A DNA stretch of 64,000 nt, from NCBI GenBank assembly GCA_044239425.1, contig JBIIBL010000003.1:3370-67369 (forward strand), read 5' to 3'. The stretch's first letter is position 1; each line of letters opens with the position of its first letter. A program made the position numbers and the translations under genes. Shown here one piece after another: positions 42,866-52,781 of the stretch. This stretch comes from Crocinitomicaceae bacterium (GTDB taxonomy: Bacteria > Bacteroidota > Bacteroidia > Flavobacteriales_D > Crocinitomicaceae). The notes below the pieces were generated by a model that was not told the origin of the DNA, made no database searches, and worked only from the letters and a program-made list of their open reading frames with translations.

Positions 42866-45800
42866 TCACTCCTCAGTAGGAACTACATACCTCAGCTGTA
42901 TTTGCTCTTGTTCATCGATGAACAATTCATAGCCGTTGTGCTGTCTGAGCAACCAATCCACAAACGCGCCATCTAACTTGTTTTGCTCCAAAACAAGGGT
43001 TTGTGTCGCGCCTTTCAGGTTTGTGCTGCGCTTGGGCATTTCTTTTAAGTACATGAGTTGTACAACGCTCCACTGCGATTCTTTTTGCATGGCCGATACA
43101 ATCATTTCTTTCTGATCGTCGTAAACGAAAACGCCTACCCTATTGAACCTCGTTAAAGCTTCTTGACAATCTGTACAACGGAGCTCAAAGCGGCAAATCG
43201 GGTCTGGCAATTGAATGGATTTAACTTGAGGAAGTTGGAGTGTCGCAATTTGTTGTTGTAAAGCCATCGAAATTACTTGAGGTGCAGCCGAAGGTTGGAA
43301 GGATTCAAAAGCAGTACCCGATTGCGCCAACAATTTGGCTTGTGCTAAATCAATGCGCTTACCTTGATAATACGCCACAATAAACGCGTCTGTAATACCT
43401 TTCGCAACCGCTTGCTGCTGACGTACTTTTGCATCCTTTAAATTGTCGAACTTACCACTTGCATAACGGTATTGTCCTTTTGCGGTTTTGGCTTCTATGA
43501 GTTCTGTCAGTCCAATTTGCGCCTCGCTTGTGATCGGACGATTGTATACCCCAACCTGAACGGAGTAGTAAAGACCCTGGCCTGGTCCCGCAAACTTGCC
43601 AGTTTGCGCGGCAACAGTTGTATTTGCCACTGGCGCGCGACCCTCAAGTGCGCGACCTTGTGCCAAACTTAAACGCGTACAATTCTGATACGCCACCACA
43701 AAAGCGTCGGCATAACCTAAAGTCCTGATGAAATTTTGCTGTTTCAGCGCTTCGGCAGAACTCTGAAAATAACCCGCCATATACACAGTGAGCCCATTTG
43801 CTAATACCTTGCCGTCTACCGGAGTAAATTCTCTAAAGCGTTCGGCCGGAACAGGCTTTCTAAACGCTCCTACTTGCACTCTAAACACCAGTCCCTCAGG
43901 ACAAGGAAGTCCGACAGGTAAAGGTGTAGTTGTATTTGGCCGCTCCTGAATTTGAAAAGCAACAGTTTGCGGCATACCCAATGAGGTAGTGGATGTTGTG
44001 GATGTTGTTGCAATTGCCGAGACCTGAGGACGGAAATTTTCTAGCATAAGTGTCTCGTAAAGTTCTTGATCTCTAACTTGTATAAGCGTTTGCTTTTGTC
44101 GCTGAAGTTGTGTGCGCAAAAACTCTTGTACATCGAGTAGCTGCACTAACTGCTCTTTTACTTCAGGCGTGTATGCTTCCTCTAAACTTCTGATCGCAAG
44201 CTGATTCTGTTGCAATTGCCCCTTGGTTTGCTCAAATGCAATGCGCTGCGCTACATAATTGACATAGCCTTGGACTTCAGCTTCCGTCGTTAATGTGGTC
44301 ACTCCTGCACTTTCATTAGAGTTATCTCTAGCCGTTGGCAGCGTCAAGTCGTTGTCTAATTCAAGCAATTCTTCATTCGATAAGCCCAAACGCCTTACTT
44401 CAAGAAGTTCATCAAGATTGACCTCTGACAAATTGGCCATTGTTTCCAGTTGTTGTTCAAAATCTTTGATTCGTTCCGTAATGTCTAAAACATTCCCATT
44501 CTCTATGGTAGTAGATATTTCTTCCGGATTTAAGGTTCCTTCTGGATTCGTTGTAGTATTATTTTGATTAGTGGAGGAAATATTGCCATTCTCGGTTGGA
44601 TTCGATGAAATAATCCTATTCTCGGTAGTATTCGAGGTTACCTCTGGATTCGAAGAAGTATTATTTAAATTGGTTGAAGAAAGATTCCCATTTTCCGTTG
44701 GAGTGGTGGTGGAAACATTCCCATTTTCCGTTGAATTCAATGAAAGATTCCCATTTTCCGTTGGAGTGGTGGTGGAAACATTCCCATTCTCCTTTGGAAT
44801 TAATGAAATATTCTCATTCTCGGTAGTAGTCGAGGTTACCTCTGGTTTTAAGGTTACCTCCGGATTCGAAGAAGAATTATTTGAATTGGTTGAAGAAAGA
44901 TTCCCATTTTCCGTTGGATTGGTGGTCGAAACATTCCCATTTTCCGTTGAATTCAATGAAAGATTCCCATTCTCCTTTGGAATTAATGAAAGATTCCCAT
45001 TCTCGGTAGTAGTCGAGGTTACCTCTGGTTTTAAGGTTACCTCCGGATTCGAAGAAGTATTATTTAAATTGGTTGAAGAAAGATTCGCATTTTCCGTTGG
45101 ATTGGTGGTGGAAACATTCCCATTTTCCGTTGAATTCAATGAAAGATTCGCATTTTCCGTTGGAGTGGTGGTGGAAACATTCCCATTTTCCGTTGAATTC
45201 AATGAAATATTCCCATTCTCGGTAGTGGTCGAGGTTAGCTCTGGTTTTAAGGTTACCTCTGGATTCGATGTTAACTCCAACTTCAGGTTATCGGAGAGGG
45301 ATTCCTGTTGGGCATATTGGGCCAACAATTCTTCGTAGGTGCTTTCGAAATTGAGTTTTGGCAAGGCTTGGTTTTCCGCTTCTTTGAGGTACCTTTCTTT
45401 AAGTTGGGCCTGGTCATAGACTTGTACTTTTTCGGCTAAAACTTGTCTTGCCTCAGCCAATTGTTGACCTAATACCTCAACTTGTGAAAGGTCGCGTTGC
45501 AGACTTACAATTGTTTGCTGTGTTTGGACCTGATCTTTTTTGGATTGTAGGGCAATAGCTGTTTGCAACTTTTTAATTTGTTGCGTTAATTGCTGCTGCT
45601 GCTCTTTGACCAAACTTTCTTCTTTGAGCATTTTCTGGAGGCGAAGTTGTTCTTCGAGTTGGGCGGTTTCGAAGGCGCTAGCACCATCAAATACTGCAAT
45701 CTGAAGGTATTGCGCAATGGCGGCTTGACCTTGCTGCCAACCATTGATGAGGGTTGCGGTGTCGCCAAGGAGCAGCAGTGCTTGGTTGCGCTCATTGATT

Positions 45801-47611
45801 TGTTGCAAGGTGTCGAGTAATTCAAGATCGGGAATATTTGCCGCCTGATTGATTTCGATCCAACGTTTGGCAAATGCCAATGCAGCTTCGACCTCTTTTA
45901 AGGAAGCCAAAACTTGCGCTTTCTGAGCTGCGACATTTGGTGTTTGTACTGGTGGGTCTGTGAGCAGCGTGCTGAGTTCGGCTAAGAGCTTTTCGCGGTT
46001 GTTGAGTTGTTTTTCAAAATCTTGACGCAGTAATTCCATGAGCCGCACTTGGTTCTCTAAGCTTACCTCTGCGGCTAATAAGGTATCGGTAAGGGTCGCT
46101 ACAAATGCTGCGGTGTCTTGAGGTGCCAAGCCCCACTCGGCGCCCAAATTGGTTTGTTCTGAGTTATTGGTAGCGACAAGCGTTTGTTTGGGTTGCAACA
46201 AATTACCCCGTGCCACATTCAATTGAAGTTTGGAGATATTGGCAATTTGCACCACTGGATCTATGTCGAGAAGCTGGTTGAGTACCTGCCATTTTTCTTT
46301 GCCGTATTCGTCTGAACTATAGCGGATTTGTTGTTGAAGTGCCTTTCCCGCTGGCACCTGAGGAATACCGAAGCGCGTGGTATAAATCTGAGAAGCACCG
46401 GCTACCTCGAGCTCTAGCTGAAATTCGCCTTTTGCAGGTAAGGCTACTGTATAATTTCCGTCAGCATCCGATACAAAAGGACCATATTTTTCAGAGGTCG
46501 CGAGATTGGTGAAGCGCAAACTCATGGTTTTGGAATTCGGCTCTAGTTCGTTGGAGAAAGCACCGGTAAAAACAAAATTGGTTTGTGCGGGCTGATCAAG
46601 TTGCAAAGTATAAATTTCATATTGACCTACTTTACCTTGCCGCGTGGTGGCAAAATAGGCTTGTTGTTGAGTGAGGTCAGTAACATAAAAAAGGTCGTCG
46701 GTAGGGCTAGAATACGGATAAGGCATTTTTTCCATATCGCTCGCCAGATTGGAATTCAGGTCATAGTTGGCTTTGTATAAATCGCAAGCACCAATACTAT
46801 TGGCCGTAGAACTAAAGTACAAGACTTGCGTGTTCGGATCATAAAAGCCATATGTTTCGTCAGAAAGCAAACTATTCACACCACCACCTATGAGCAAAAG
46901 TTCGCCCCAGTTATTGTTGGCATCCTTGCGCTGTATATACAAATCGAGTTGTTCGCCTTTAGCTCCGTAGGACGCCAGAATACGGTATTTCATGCCGCGT
47001 TTGTAGACATAGACAGGCGTGTGCTGGTGCTTGGTATTGTTTTTACTATGAACTTCAGGTGCTTCGTAAAAGGTGTAATCTTCTGAGCCAAAAGGATAAG
47101 ACGCATAAAACTTTTGACTTTGGGTGGTGGCAATAGCGAGCAAAGGCAAGCGCTGAAAGGTGGTGATTTCATTGAGTGCGCGTTTGCATTCGGCAATTTG
47201 AGCACTCACATCTTTCTTGTTTTTTTGATCTATCGTGAGTTTTTGATAGGTTTCATAGGCAGCAAGTGCCTGGCTAAAGAAATACTGTTCTTGGTAAATA
47301 CGAGCGCGGTAATAAAAGAGAAGTGGGTCCGGGATTTGCTTTAGCCCCAGTGCTACATCAAAATACTTTGCGGCTTCAAAATGCTGCTGAACCTCAAAAA
47401 TGCAGACGCCATAACAAAAATTAAGCTTTGGGTTTTGCTGATCTTTGGCCAGTAATTGACGGTAATCTGTGAGTGCTGCACTATAGTTTTGTTGGGCAAA
47501 GGCTTGGTCGGCACGTTTTTCAACGCTCGACTGACTTTGTGCCACGGCAAAATTGTTTTGCCACAAAAACAAAACCAAAATGAAGAAAGAAACTAGCCTT
47601 TTTATACCCAC
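42866..47611 (-). CDS. giant secreted multidomain protein: TPR, beta-propeller-like, coiled coils, Asn/Thr/Ser tandem repeats and two SPOR-like domains
   Basis: 1581 aa with signal peptide ..FAVAQ and N-terminal TPR-like helices. Long Gln/Leu/Glu-rich coiled-coil stretches flank the repeat block at 44483-45268. Two C-terminal segments have the SPOR-like pattern (FRVQVGAFRKP..., YSVQVGVYNRP...). Confidence 0.8.
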   Translation of the reverse strand: MGIKRLVSFFILVLFLWQNNFAVAQSQSSVEKRADQAFAQQNYSAALTDYRQLLAKDQQNPKLNFCYGVCIFEVQQHFEAAKYFDVALGLKQIPDPLLFYYRARIYQEQYFFSQALAAYETYQKLTIDQKNKKDVSAQIAECKRALNEITTFQRLPLLAIATTQSQKFYASYPFGSEDYTFYEAPEVHSKNNTKHQHTPVYVYKRGMKYRILASYGAKGEQLDLYIQRKDANNNWGELLLIGGGVNSLLSDETYGFYDPNTQVLYFSSTANSIGACDLYKANYDLNSNLASDMEKMPYPYSSPTDDLFYVTDLTQQQAYFATTRQGKVGQYEIYTLQLDQPAQTNFVFTGAFSNELEPNSKTMSLRFTNLATSEKYGPFVSDADGNYTVALPAKGEFQLELEVAGASQIYTTRFGIPQVPAGKALQQQIRYSSDEYGKEKWQVLNQLLDIDPVVQIANISKLQLNVARGNLLQPKQTLVATNNSEQTNLGAEWGLAPQDTAAFVATLTDTLLAAEVSLENQVRLMELLRQDFEKQLNNREKLLAELSTLLTDPPVQTPNVAAQKAQVLASLKEVEAALAFAKRWIEINQAANIPDLELLDTLQQINERNQALLLLGDTATLINGWQQGQAAIAQYLQIAVFDGASAFETAQLEEQLRLQKMLKEESLVKEQQQQLTQQIKKLQTAIALQSKKDQVQTQQTIVSLQRDLSQVEVLGQQLAEARQVLAEKVQVYDQAQLKERYLKEAENQALPKLNFESTYEELLAQYAQQESLSDNLKLELTSNPEVTLKPELTSTTTENGNISLNSTENGNVSTTTPTENANLSLNSTENGNVSTTNPTENANLSSTNLNNTSSNPEVTLKPEVTSTTTENGNLSLIPKENGNLSLNSTENGNVSTTNPTENGNLSSTNSNNSSSNPEVTLKPEVTSTTTENENISLIPKENGNVSTTTPTENGNLSLNSTENGNVSTTTPTENGNLSSTNLNNTSSNPEVTSNTTENRIISSNPTENGNISSTNQNNTTTNPEGTLNPEEISTTIENGNVLDITERIKDFEQQLETMANLSEVNLDELLEVRRLGLSNEELLELDNDLTLPTARDNSNESAGVTTLTTEAEVQGYVNYVAQRIAFEQTKGQLQQNQLAIRSLEEAYTPEVKEQLVQLLDVQEFLRTQLQRQKQTLIQVRDQELYETLMLENFRPQVSAIATTSTTSTTSLGMPQTVAFQIQERPNTTTPLPVGLPCPEGLVFRVQVGAFRKPVPAERFREFTPVDGKVLANGLTVYMAGYFQSSAEALKQQNFIRTLGYADAFVVAYQNCTRLSLAQGRALEGRAPVANTTVAAQTGKFAGPGQGLYYSVQVGVYNRPITSEAQIGLTELIEAKTAKGQYRYASGKFDNLKDAKVRQQQAVAKGITDAFIVAYYQGKRIDLAQAKLLAQSGTAFESFQPSAAPQVISMALQQQIATLQLPQVKSIQLPDPICRFELRCTDCQEALTRFNRVGVFVYDDQKEMIVSAMQKESQWSVVQLMYLKEMPKRSTNLKGATQTLVLEQNKLDGAFVDWLLRQHNGYELFIDEQEQIQLRYVVPTEE
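44483..45268 (-). repeat. in-frame nested tandem repeat (units of 216, 183 and 216 nt plus a degenerate unit) built from 10-11-codon TENGN(L/V/I)S sub-repeats
   Basis: The anchor GGATTCGA recurs at 44646, 44862, 45045 and 45261 (spacings 216, 183, 216 nt). The protein units are 72, 61 and 72 aa, each starting SNPEVTLKPE. Confidence 0.9.
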
Positions 47612-47634
47612 TATAAGTAGAATAACCTATAGGC

Positions 47635-48267
47635 TTACGATTTTTTGGCAAAAAGGTTCATGCGGTTTTCTGTCCCCTTGAGCAAGCGCTCGATATTCTT
47701 TCGGTGAGCCCAAATCACAAGGGTTCCGAGGACGATCGTAAAGATGATCATGATGCGGGTATCGTTGTGGATAAAGAAATAGGAAACCAATGGGAAACAA
47801 AGTGCCGAAATAATTGCACCCAACGAAACATAGCGCGTCGATAGAAAGACCACCAAAAACAAGGCCAAGCAAACTGCGGCAGCTGGCGGATTGATACCTA
47901 TGACAATGCCTAAAGAAGTAGCAACGCCCTTCCCTCCCCTAAATTGTGCAAATATGGGAAAGACATGGCCTACTACAGCCGTAAAACCACCCACTAATTG
48001 CAAGATCAAGAACTCATCTTTGTAGCCACTAAATGCCGTTTGCGCTAAAAAATAAGGCAAACAAGCAGCAGTTGTACCTTTAGCGACGTCCGTCAGGAGT
48101 ACCATCCAGCCAAAGCTTTTGCCGAGAATTCGGAAGGTATTGGTAGCACCGGCGTTTTTACTACCGTGTTCACGGATATCAATTCCTTTAAAGAAGCGCC
48201 CAACCCAAACTGCAGTGGGGATGCTCCCTAAGAAGTAGGCTGTTAGCAGCACAAATAAGAGGGTCAT
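47635..48267 (-). CDS. plsY: glycerol-3-phosphate acyltransferase PlsY
   Basis: 210 aa polytopic protein with GSIPTAVWVG, HGSKNAGATN and FRGGKGVAT motifs. Confidence 0.92.
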   Translation of the reverse strand: MTLLFVLLTAYFLGSIPTAVWVGRFFKGIDIREHGSKNAGATNTFRILGKSFGWMVLLTDVAKGTTAACLPYFLAQTAFSGYKDEFLILQLVGGFTAVVGHVFPIFAQFRGGKGVATSLGIVIGINPPAAAVCLALFLVVFLSTRYVSLGAIISALCFPLVSYFFIHNDTRIMIIFTIVLGTLVIWAHRKNIERLLKGTENRMNLFAKKS

Positions 48268-48272
48268 TTATT

Positions 48273-51200
48273 CTATTTATTTAGCAAATAAGCCCTTAAT
48301 TTAGCTAAAATTAATGAAGCAGACTCCTCATTACTTGTCTGGTAATTGAAATTTCGCGTCTTGCGCTTGTCTGCTTTAATGCCGTCAATGGCTTGCATGA
48401 ACTTTGCGTTGGAGGAATAAATACCTAAATTACCATCTTTGCGATCCTGGGTATAATCAAACACGTAACGCGTGCCATCAAACGCTTCCATGGACCAATA
48501 AAAAGCTGGAAAGTTGTCTTCGCTGAAGCTTTGCACATATGCTTGGGTAAAGGTAAGCGGCTGTGTAATCGCAGTACCGTTAATGGAAATCAGTCCAACA
48601 CTTTGAGCCGTACTCAGCAAGCCTTTGTCTTGTTTTTTTGCGTTGGGTTTATCGCTGCCGAAATTTTCCAATACAATGCCGCTCACAATGAAGCTTTGTT
48701 CCAAGGAATTAGGCATTTTCTTGAGTTTTTCTTCGTCAAAATCTTTAAAGACTGCTTGAGCATCTTTTTGACTAGACCAAGCGGCAAGGCTATTGGCCAG
48801 ACCGTCGATTGGTTTTTTGATATTCCACTCAGGTGCGGTTTCTGAGGCTTTAAACTGCGCAATCATTTCGTTCCAAACAGCGTTATCCAATGGCATAGTG
48901 ATTTTTGCGTTGGCTACAATTCGGGTTTTTCTAGTGTCGTTTTGGTAGCTGATTTTGCCGTGCAGTGCGATGTCAATTTCACTTGTTGGAATCCCAAGAA
49001 CGATATTGCCATAGCCCTGAAGTCCACAATTCTCGGTGTCCAGAACCAATAAATTACTAAGGCTGTCTTCGCCCAACAATCGGGCTTTACTAGCCACTTC
49101 AAAACGCTTGGTTGCTTGGTTGTACTGCAGGTAGCCCGACGCTTGAAAAAGAATTGGATCTTCTAAACTGACGCGTTGAGACAAAAAGGCTGGATAAATA
49201 CGCAGGCTATCCGCACGTTCGGTATGGCGCCACACAAAACCGAGCGCGAGCGCATTACCTTTTGCATCTTTGGGGTTTTCTGCAATTGGTATTTGGATTT
49301 GCTTGGCTAAAATAGTGTCTTTGAAGGTCATCCAAGCTCTATCGTAATTGCAGGGATGGAAAACTTTTGTAGAACCATCTAAAAGCAAGCCTGGATGAGA
49401 GGCCTCTACCTGTACCTTCCCAAAATAGGCAAATTCCGGACTCAGCTTGAAATCTGCTTTTTCTGAAATTTCACCTTTGGCGATTGTTTTGGTTTGCTCA
49501 TAGGCAATAGAAGCCATATTGATCAGACTTCTGGTGCTGTCGCGATCAAAATACGGATAAATACCTTTTCCAGCATAAGACATTCTGCCACCAATAAATA
49601 AATCGGCTTGCTCAAAACGATGGAATTTGGTAATGTAGTTAGCTAAAACCTGCGCATTTTTAAGCGTATCCATGAGCGCAGCCTTGCGGATGCGGACCCT
49701 TGAGGAGTCTGGGAAAATTCGGGCGTCGCCCACTTGAATATACTCGACTGCATCACATAGGATCAATTGACGCTTGAGGTCATATTTAGCACTCAGCGAT
49801 TTGAATTGCAATGAATCTTGTTTTTCATTGGTAGAATAAAAGTTATTTCGAGCGAGGTCGGCACCACTTTCAAAGGTCGTTTCGCCACCTTTGTTCTTTT
49901 TGAAGTCTAATGATTCGCCGTCGATGAACCAGGTGAATTTATCCATCTGACAAAAGTATTCGTTGGCAGGAAACATGATGCGTTTAGTACCGTTGGAGGC
50001 GAATTCGCCAATGCGTGTTTTAAAACTTATATGTGCTTTCATTTCATCGGACTGAATGGCCAACGGATTTTCGCCATATTGAGAGAAGCGATTGCGCAGG
50101 GCAAATGCTGCGTTCTCCGAATTGATATCTACATCTGTGAATTTAAAATCTTTGGCCGTCAGTTGTGCTTCTTTGTAAAATAGTGTTCCCTTACCACTCA
50201 TTTCTTTTTTATCGAGGGTCAGGGCGCCGTCTAAAAGCACTTCTTCATTGAATAAGAGCAGTGGTGTGTCGCCGAATGAGGCAATCAGTAGGCGCTCTTT
50301 TCTTGGTTCGAAACTCATGTAGGCTTTTTCTGACTTAGCTAAAGGATAACGCACACCTGTTTTTTGTTCTGGTGCGTTAAATGCCACGAGGCCAATGGTG
50401 GAGTCGGGCAGAAATGTGAGCTTCTTGGAAATAGCCGTCGTGTGCAGAAAGTCAATGCTACCCGAGCCCTGTAAACCATTATGAGACAAATAAATTTGCT
50501 TGTTGTAGCGCGAATTTGTCTCATAAAAAGGATAACCAGCTTCAGGAGCACTGGTGATAAAGCCCAGAGAGTAATCGTTCATGATGCGCAACGGCTCAGG
50601 AATTTTTGGAAAGATGCCTGCTGAAATTAAATTACCTTCCAACTTCAAGGCTTTCTCGGCAAAATTATCGAGGCTATCTAATTCAAAGGCATTGAGTTGG
50701 TAATAAAACCGCGTTGAATCGTAGGCGCCTTTTAGGATAGACCGATCGCTGTAGAAAATATTGGACAGCGCAATAGAACTCAAGATGGGATACTGCGTGC
50801 TTTCGTTGGGTTTACCCGCTTTGTTATCGGGTTCGTCTATGCGCAAGGTGCCGCGCAAACCTTTGATGCTACTCAATAAAAGAATGGGTTCTTGACCGTC
50901 TTCTTTGCGCAATGGGCGTACCCTGAAGGCGGTGCGTTCGGTGGTGAGCAAATTGACTTGAAAATTTTCGTAGTCAAACTTTGAGAACTTGGTTTGAATC
51001 TCGCATTTACCGGCTTGCAGCGTGCCAGAGAAACCGATGTCGCGATTTTCATACATGTAGACGATTGAAGTGTCCGGGAAAATGCGCACTTGTTGGGCTT
51101 CCGAGAGTGTAATTTGCTGAACTTGTCTAAAAATGAGCTCTTGCTTGTCAAGACTAATGCTCGCGTAAATCGGGTCCTGAACTTTGCGCAAATCGGACAA

Positions 51201-52781
51201 CACCAGAATGTTGTCGTAGTCACCGCTTCCTTGCACGGCTGCTGCATAAGCCAAAAGCTTAGGGCTCACTTGTATTTTCTTTTGTAGCGGATCTGAAATG
51301 AGTAAACCGGCAGCTAATAAATCGACAAAGAGTGGCTTCACTTGGTCGATGGTTTTTTTCATGGCATTGGCCAATTCGCCTTCGGTAAATAAGGTTGTGC
51401 CTTGTTTTTCAACTAATAGTGAAAATTGTCTGAATGGATCGTTAGTACCAGCGCTTGCAAAACGGCTGTAGAGGGCTTTATCAAAGTAATTCATGGATTC
51501 AAAGCGAGCCATTTTACGTTCTTGAGCGGTCCCGACATCAAAGGTGAAGTATGGATCAGGGGTGCCTTTTTTCCAGGTCAACACTGGCGCATAACAATAC
51601 AATTTGAAGTAGCTGTCCACAAATGGGAAGTAGTCGGTGCCGCGCTGCGCTGCTGCTAAACGCAATTGTTGTTGTTTTTCGTCAAAAGTAAAGAAGCACT
51701 CCTGGATACTTAGTGAATCGCCATTTTTGTAGCGCAGCACCGCCGTAGCATTTCGGGCTAAGATTTGTAGCGGAGACATCTCAAAACCCGCAGAACTGAT
51801 CTCAAAAACGACCTTTGACTCGCGTTTGAAAATAAGTTTGGCAGGTTTGCCCGCTGCACCCTTTCCGATGAAGTCGGCACCTTCAAGGGTAAAACTACCA
51901 TCATAATCCATTTGAGGTCTTAACTCATTGATTTTCAATCTTTTTTCATAAGATGTAAATTGAGGCGCAGATTCTTGCTCCGCTAAATCGAGGGTGGTGA
52001 GGTCGGTGAGTTTGCCTAAAATTGGCGTCGCGAAATAAGGTGTCGAAAGCGAAACGGAATCGGCCTTGAGTTTGGCGGTTTGGAGGTCTGCTTTATATGA
52101 ACGGAGGCTTGCAAATGTTTCATTTTTGGGTAATTTGACTTTTTCCCAGTTGAGCGTTCCGTTTTTACCGTCGAAGCGCTTGGTCTGCATGTCAAAGTTA
52201 CCAGAGGTGTTGTACACCACAATGGAGTCTTCCGGACGCTTGTTGTCGTCGTATTTGATGCATTTCAAATTGACATTGGTTGCTTCAATCATGAGCTTTT
52301 TGCCGTCGACCCAACGGAGGGTGCCGCCTTGAGCGGTCCAGGTAAAACTGCGTTCCTTGTACAACGCGCCATATTTGAAAAAATCGACCGAAAAATCTAA
52401 AAATGTAGTGAGTTTTTCATCGGGTGATTTGGCGTAGTCAAACACATATTTGTACCATGGGTTGGCTAAATCAGGACTTACCTTGTTTTGAACAATGGCA
52501 ATACTGGCCTGCATGAAATCCAGTAAGTCAGGATAAGCGGGCACTTCTTTGGCTTGCAATTGATTGCAATTTTCTTGCAGCTTCTTAAATTGCGTATCGT
52601 TGAGCGTGGAGCCTTTGATTAATTGGGGCAGTTGGTCTTTGAGATAGCCTTGAGCGCTTTCGTCGAGCACAAGTTGCTGCCATGCTTTGACAAATTTATC
52701 GCGTTCAAGCGGAAAGGTTTGAGCCACAAAATGAGGGATACAGGTAAGTATGCCCAAGAACAATAAAAGCTTTTTTGTCAT
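48273..52781 (-). CDS. large (about 1502 aa) secreted hypothetical protein
   Basis: An uninterrupted ORF. I set the start at the internal ATG (52781), giving MTKKLLLFLGILTCIPHFVAQ (signal peptide) and an ATGA overlap with the prmA stop. No domain recognised. Confidence 0.75.
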   Translation of the reverse strand: MTKKLLLFLGILTCIPHFVAQTFPLERDKFVKAWQQLVLDESAQGYLKDQLPQLIKGSTLNDTQFKKLQENCNQLQAKEVPAYPDLLDFMQASIAIVQNKVSPDLANPWYKYVFDYAKSPDEKLTTFLDFSVDFFKYGALYKERSFTWTAQGGTLRWVDGKKLMIEATNVNLKCIKYDDNKRPEDSIVVYNTSGNFDMQTKRFDGKNGTLNWEKVKLPKNETFASLRSYKADLQTAKLKADSVSLSTPYFATPILGKLTDLTTLDLAEQESAPQFTSYEKRLKINELRPQMDYDGSFTLEGADFIGKGAAGKPAKLIFKRESKVVFEISSAGFEMSPLQILARNATAVLRYKNGDSLSIQECFFTFDEKQQQLRLAAAQRGTDYFPFVDSYFKLYCYAPVLTWKKGTPDPYFTFDVGTAQERKMARFESMNYFDKALYSRFASAGTNDPFRQFSLLVEKQGTTLFTEGELANAMKKTIDQVKPLFVDLLAAGLLISDPLQKKIQVSPKLLAYAAAVQGSGDYDNILVLSDLRKVQDPIYASISLDKQELIFRQVQQITLSEAQQVRIFPDTSIVYMYENRDIGFSGTLQAGKCEIQTKFSKFDYENFQVNLLTTERTAFRVRPLRKEDGQEPILLLSSIKGLRGTLRIDEPDNKAGKPNESTQYPILSSIALSNIFYSDRSILKGAYDSTRFYYQLNAFELDSLDNFAEKALKLEGNLISAGIFPKIPEPLRIMNDYSLGFITSAPEAGYPFYETNSRYNKQIYLSHNGLQGSGSIDFLHTTAISKKLTFLPDSTIGLVAFNAPEQKTGVRYPLAKSEKAYMSFEPRKERLLIASFGDTPLLLFNEEVLLDGALTLDKKEMSGKGTLFYKEAQLTAKDFKFTDVDINSENAAFALRNRFSQYGENPLAIQSDEMKAHISFKTRIGEFASNGTKRIMFPANEYFCQMDKFTWFIDGESLDFKKNKGGETTFESGADLARNNFYSTNEKQDSLQFKSLSAKYDLKRQLILCDAVEYIQVGDARIFPDSSRVRIRKAALMDTLKNAQVLANYITKFHRFEQADLFIGGRMSYAGKGIYPYFDRDSTRSLINMASIAYEQTKTIAKGEISEKADFKLSPEFAYFGKVQVEASHPGLLLDGSTKVFHPCNYDRAWMTFKDTILAKQIQIPIAENPKDAKGNALALGFVWRHTERADSLRIYPAFLSQRVSLEDPILFQASGYLQYNQATKRFEVASKARLLGEDSLSNLLVLDTENCGLQGYGNIVLGIPTSEIDIALHGKISYQNDTRKTRIVANAKITMPLDNAVWNEMIAQFKASETAPEWNIKKPIDGLANSLAAWSSQKDAQAVFKDFDEEKLKKMPNSLEQSFIVSGIVLENFGSDKPNAKKQDKGLLSTAQSVGLISINGTAITQPLTFTQAYVQSFSEDNFPAFYWSMEAFDGTRYVFDYTQDRKDGNLGIYSSNAKFMQAIDGIKADKRKTRNFNYQTSNEESASLILAKLRAYLLNK

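Noticed and set aside
44571-45338. A 255-aa plus-strand ORF (FPFSVGVVVETFPFSVEFNERFPFS...) with striking internal periodicity.
   Set aside because: It is the antisense shadow of the in-frame tandem repeat in the 1581-aa minus-strand gene. The periodicity is inherited, and the minus-strand frame is continuous for 4.7 kb with a signal peptide and recognisable domains.
47627-47872. An 81-aa minus-strand ORF overlapping the 3' part of plsY in another frame.
   Set aside because: It lies entirely within plsY, whose frame carries all conserved PlsY motifs. It has no independent signal.
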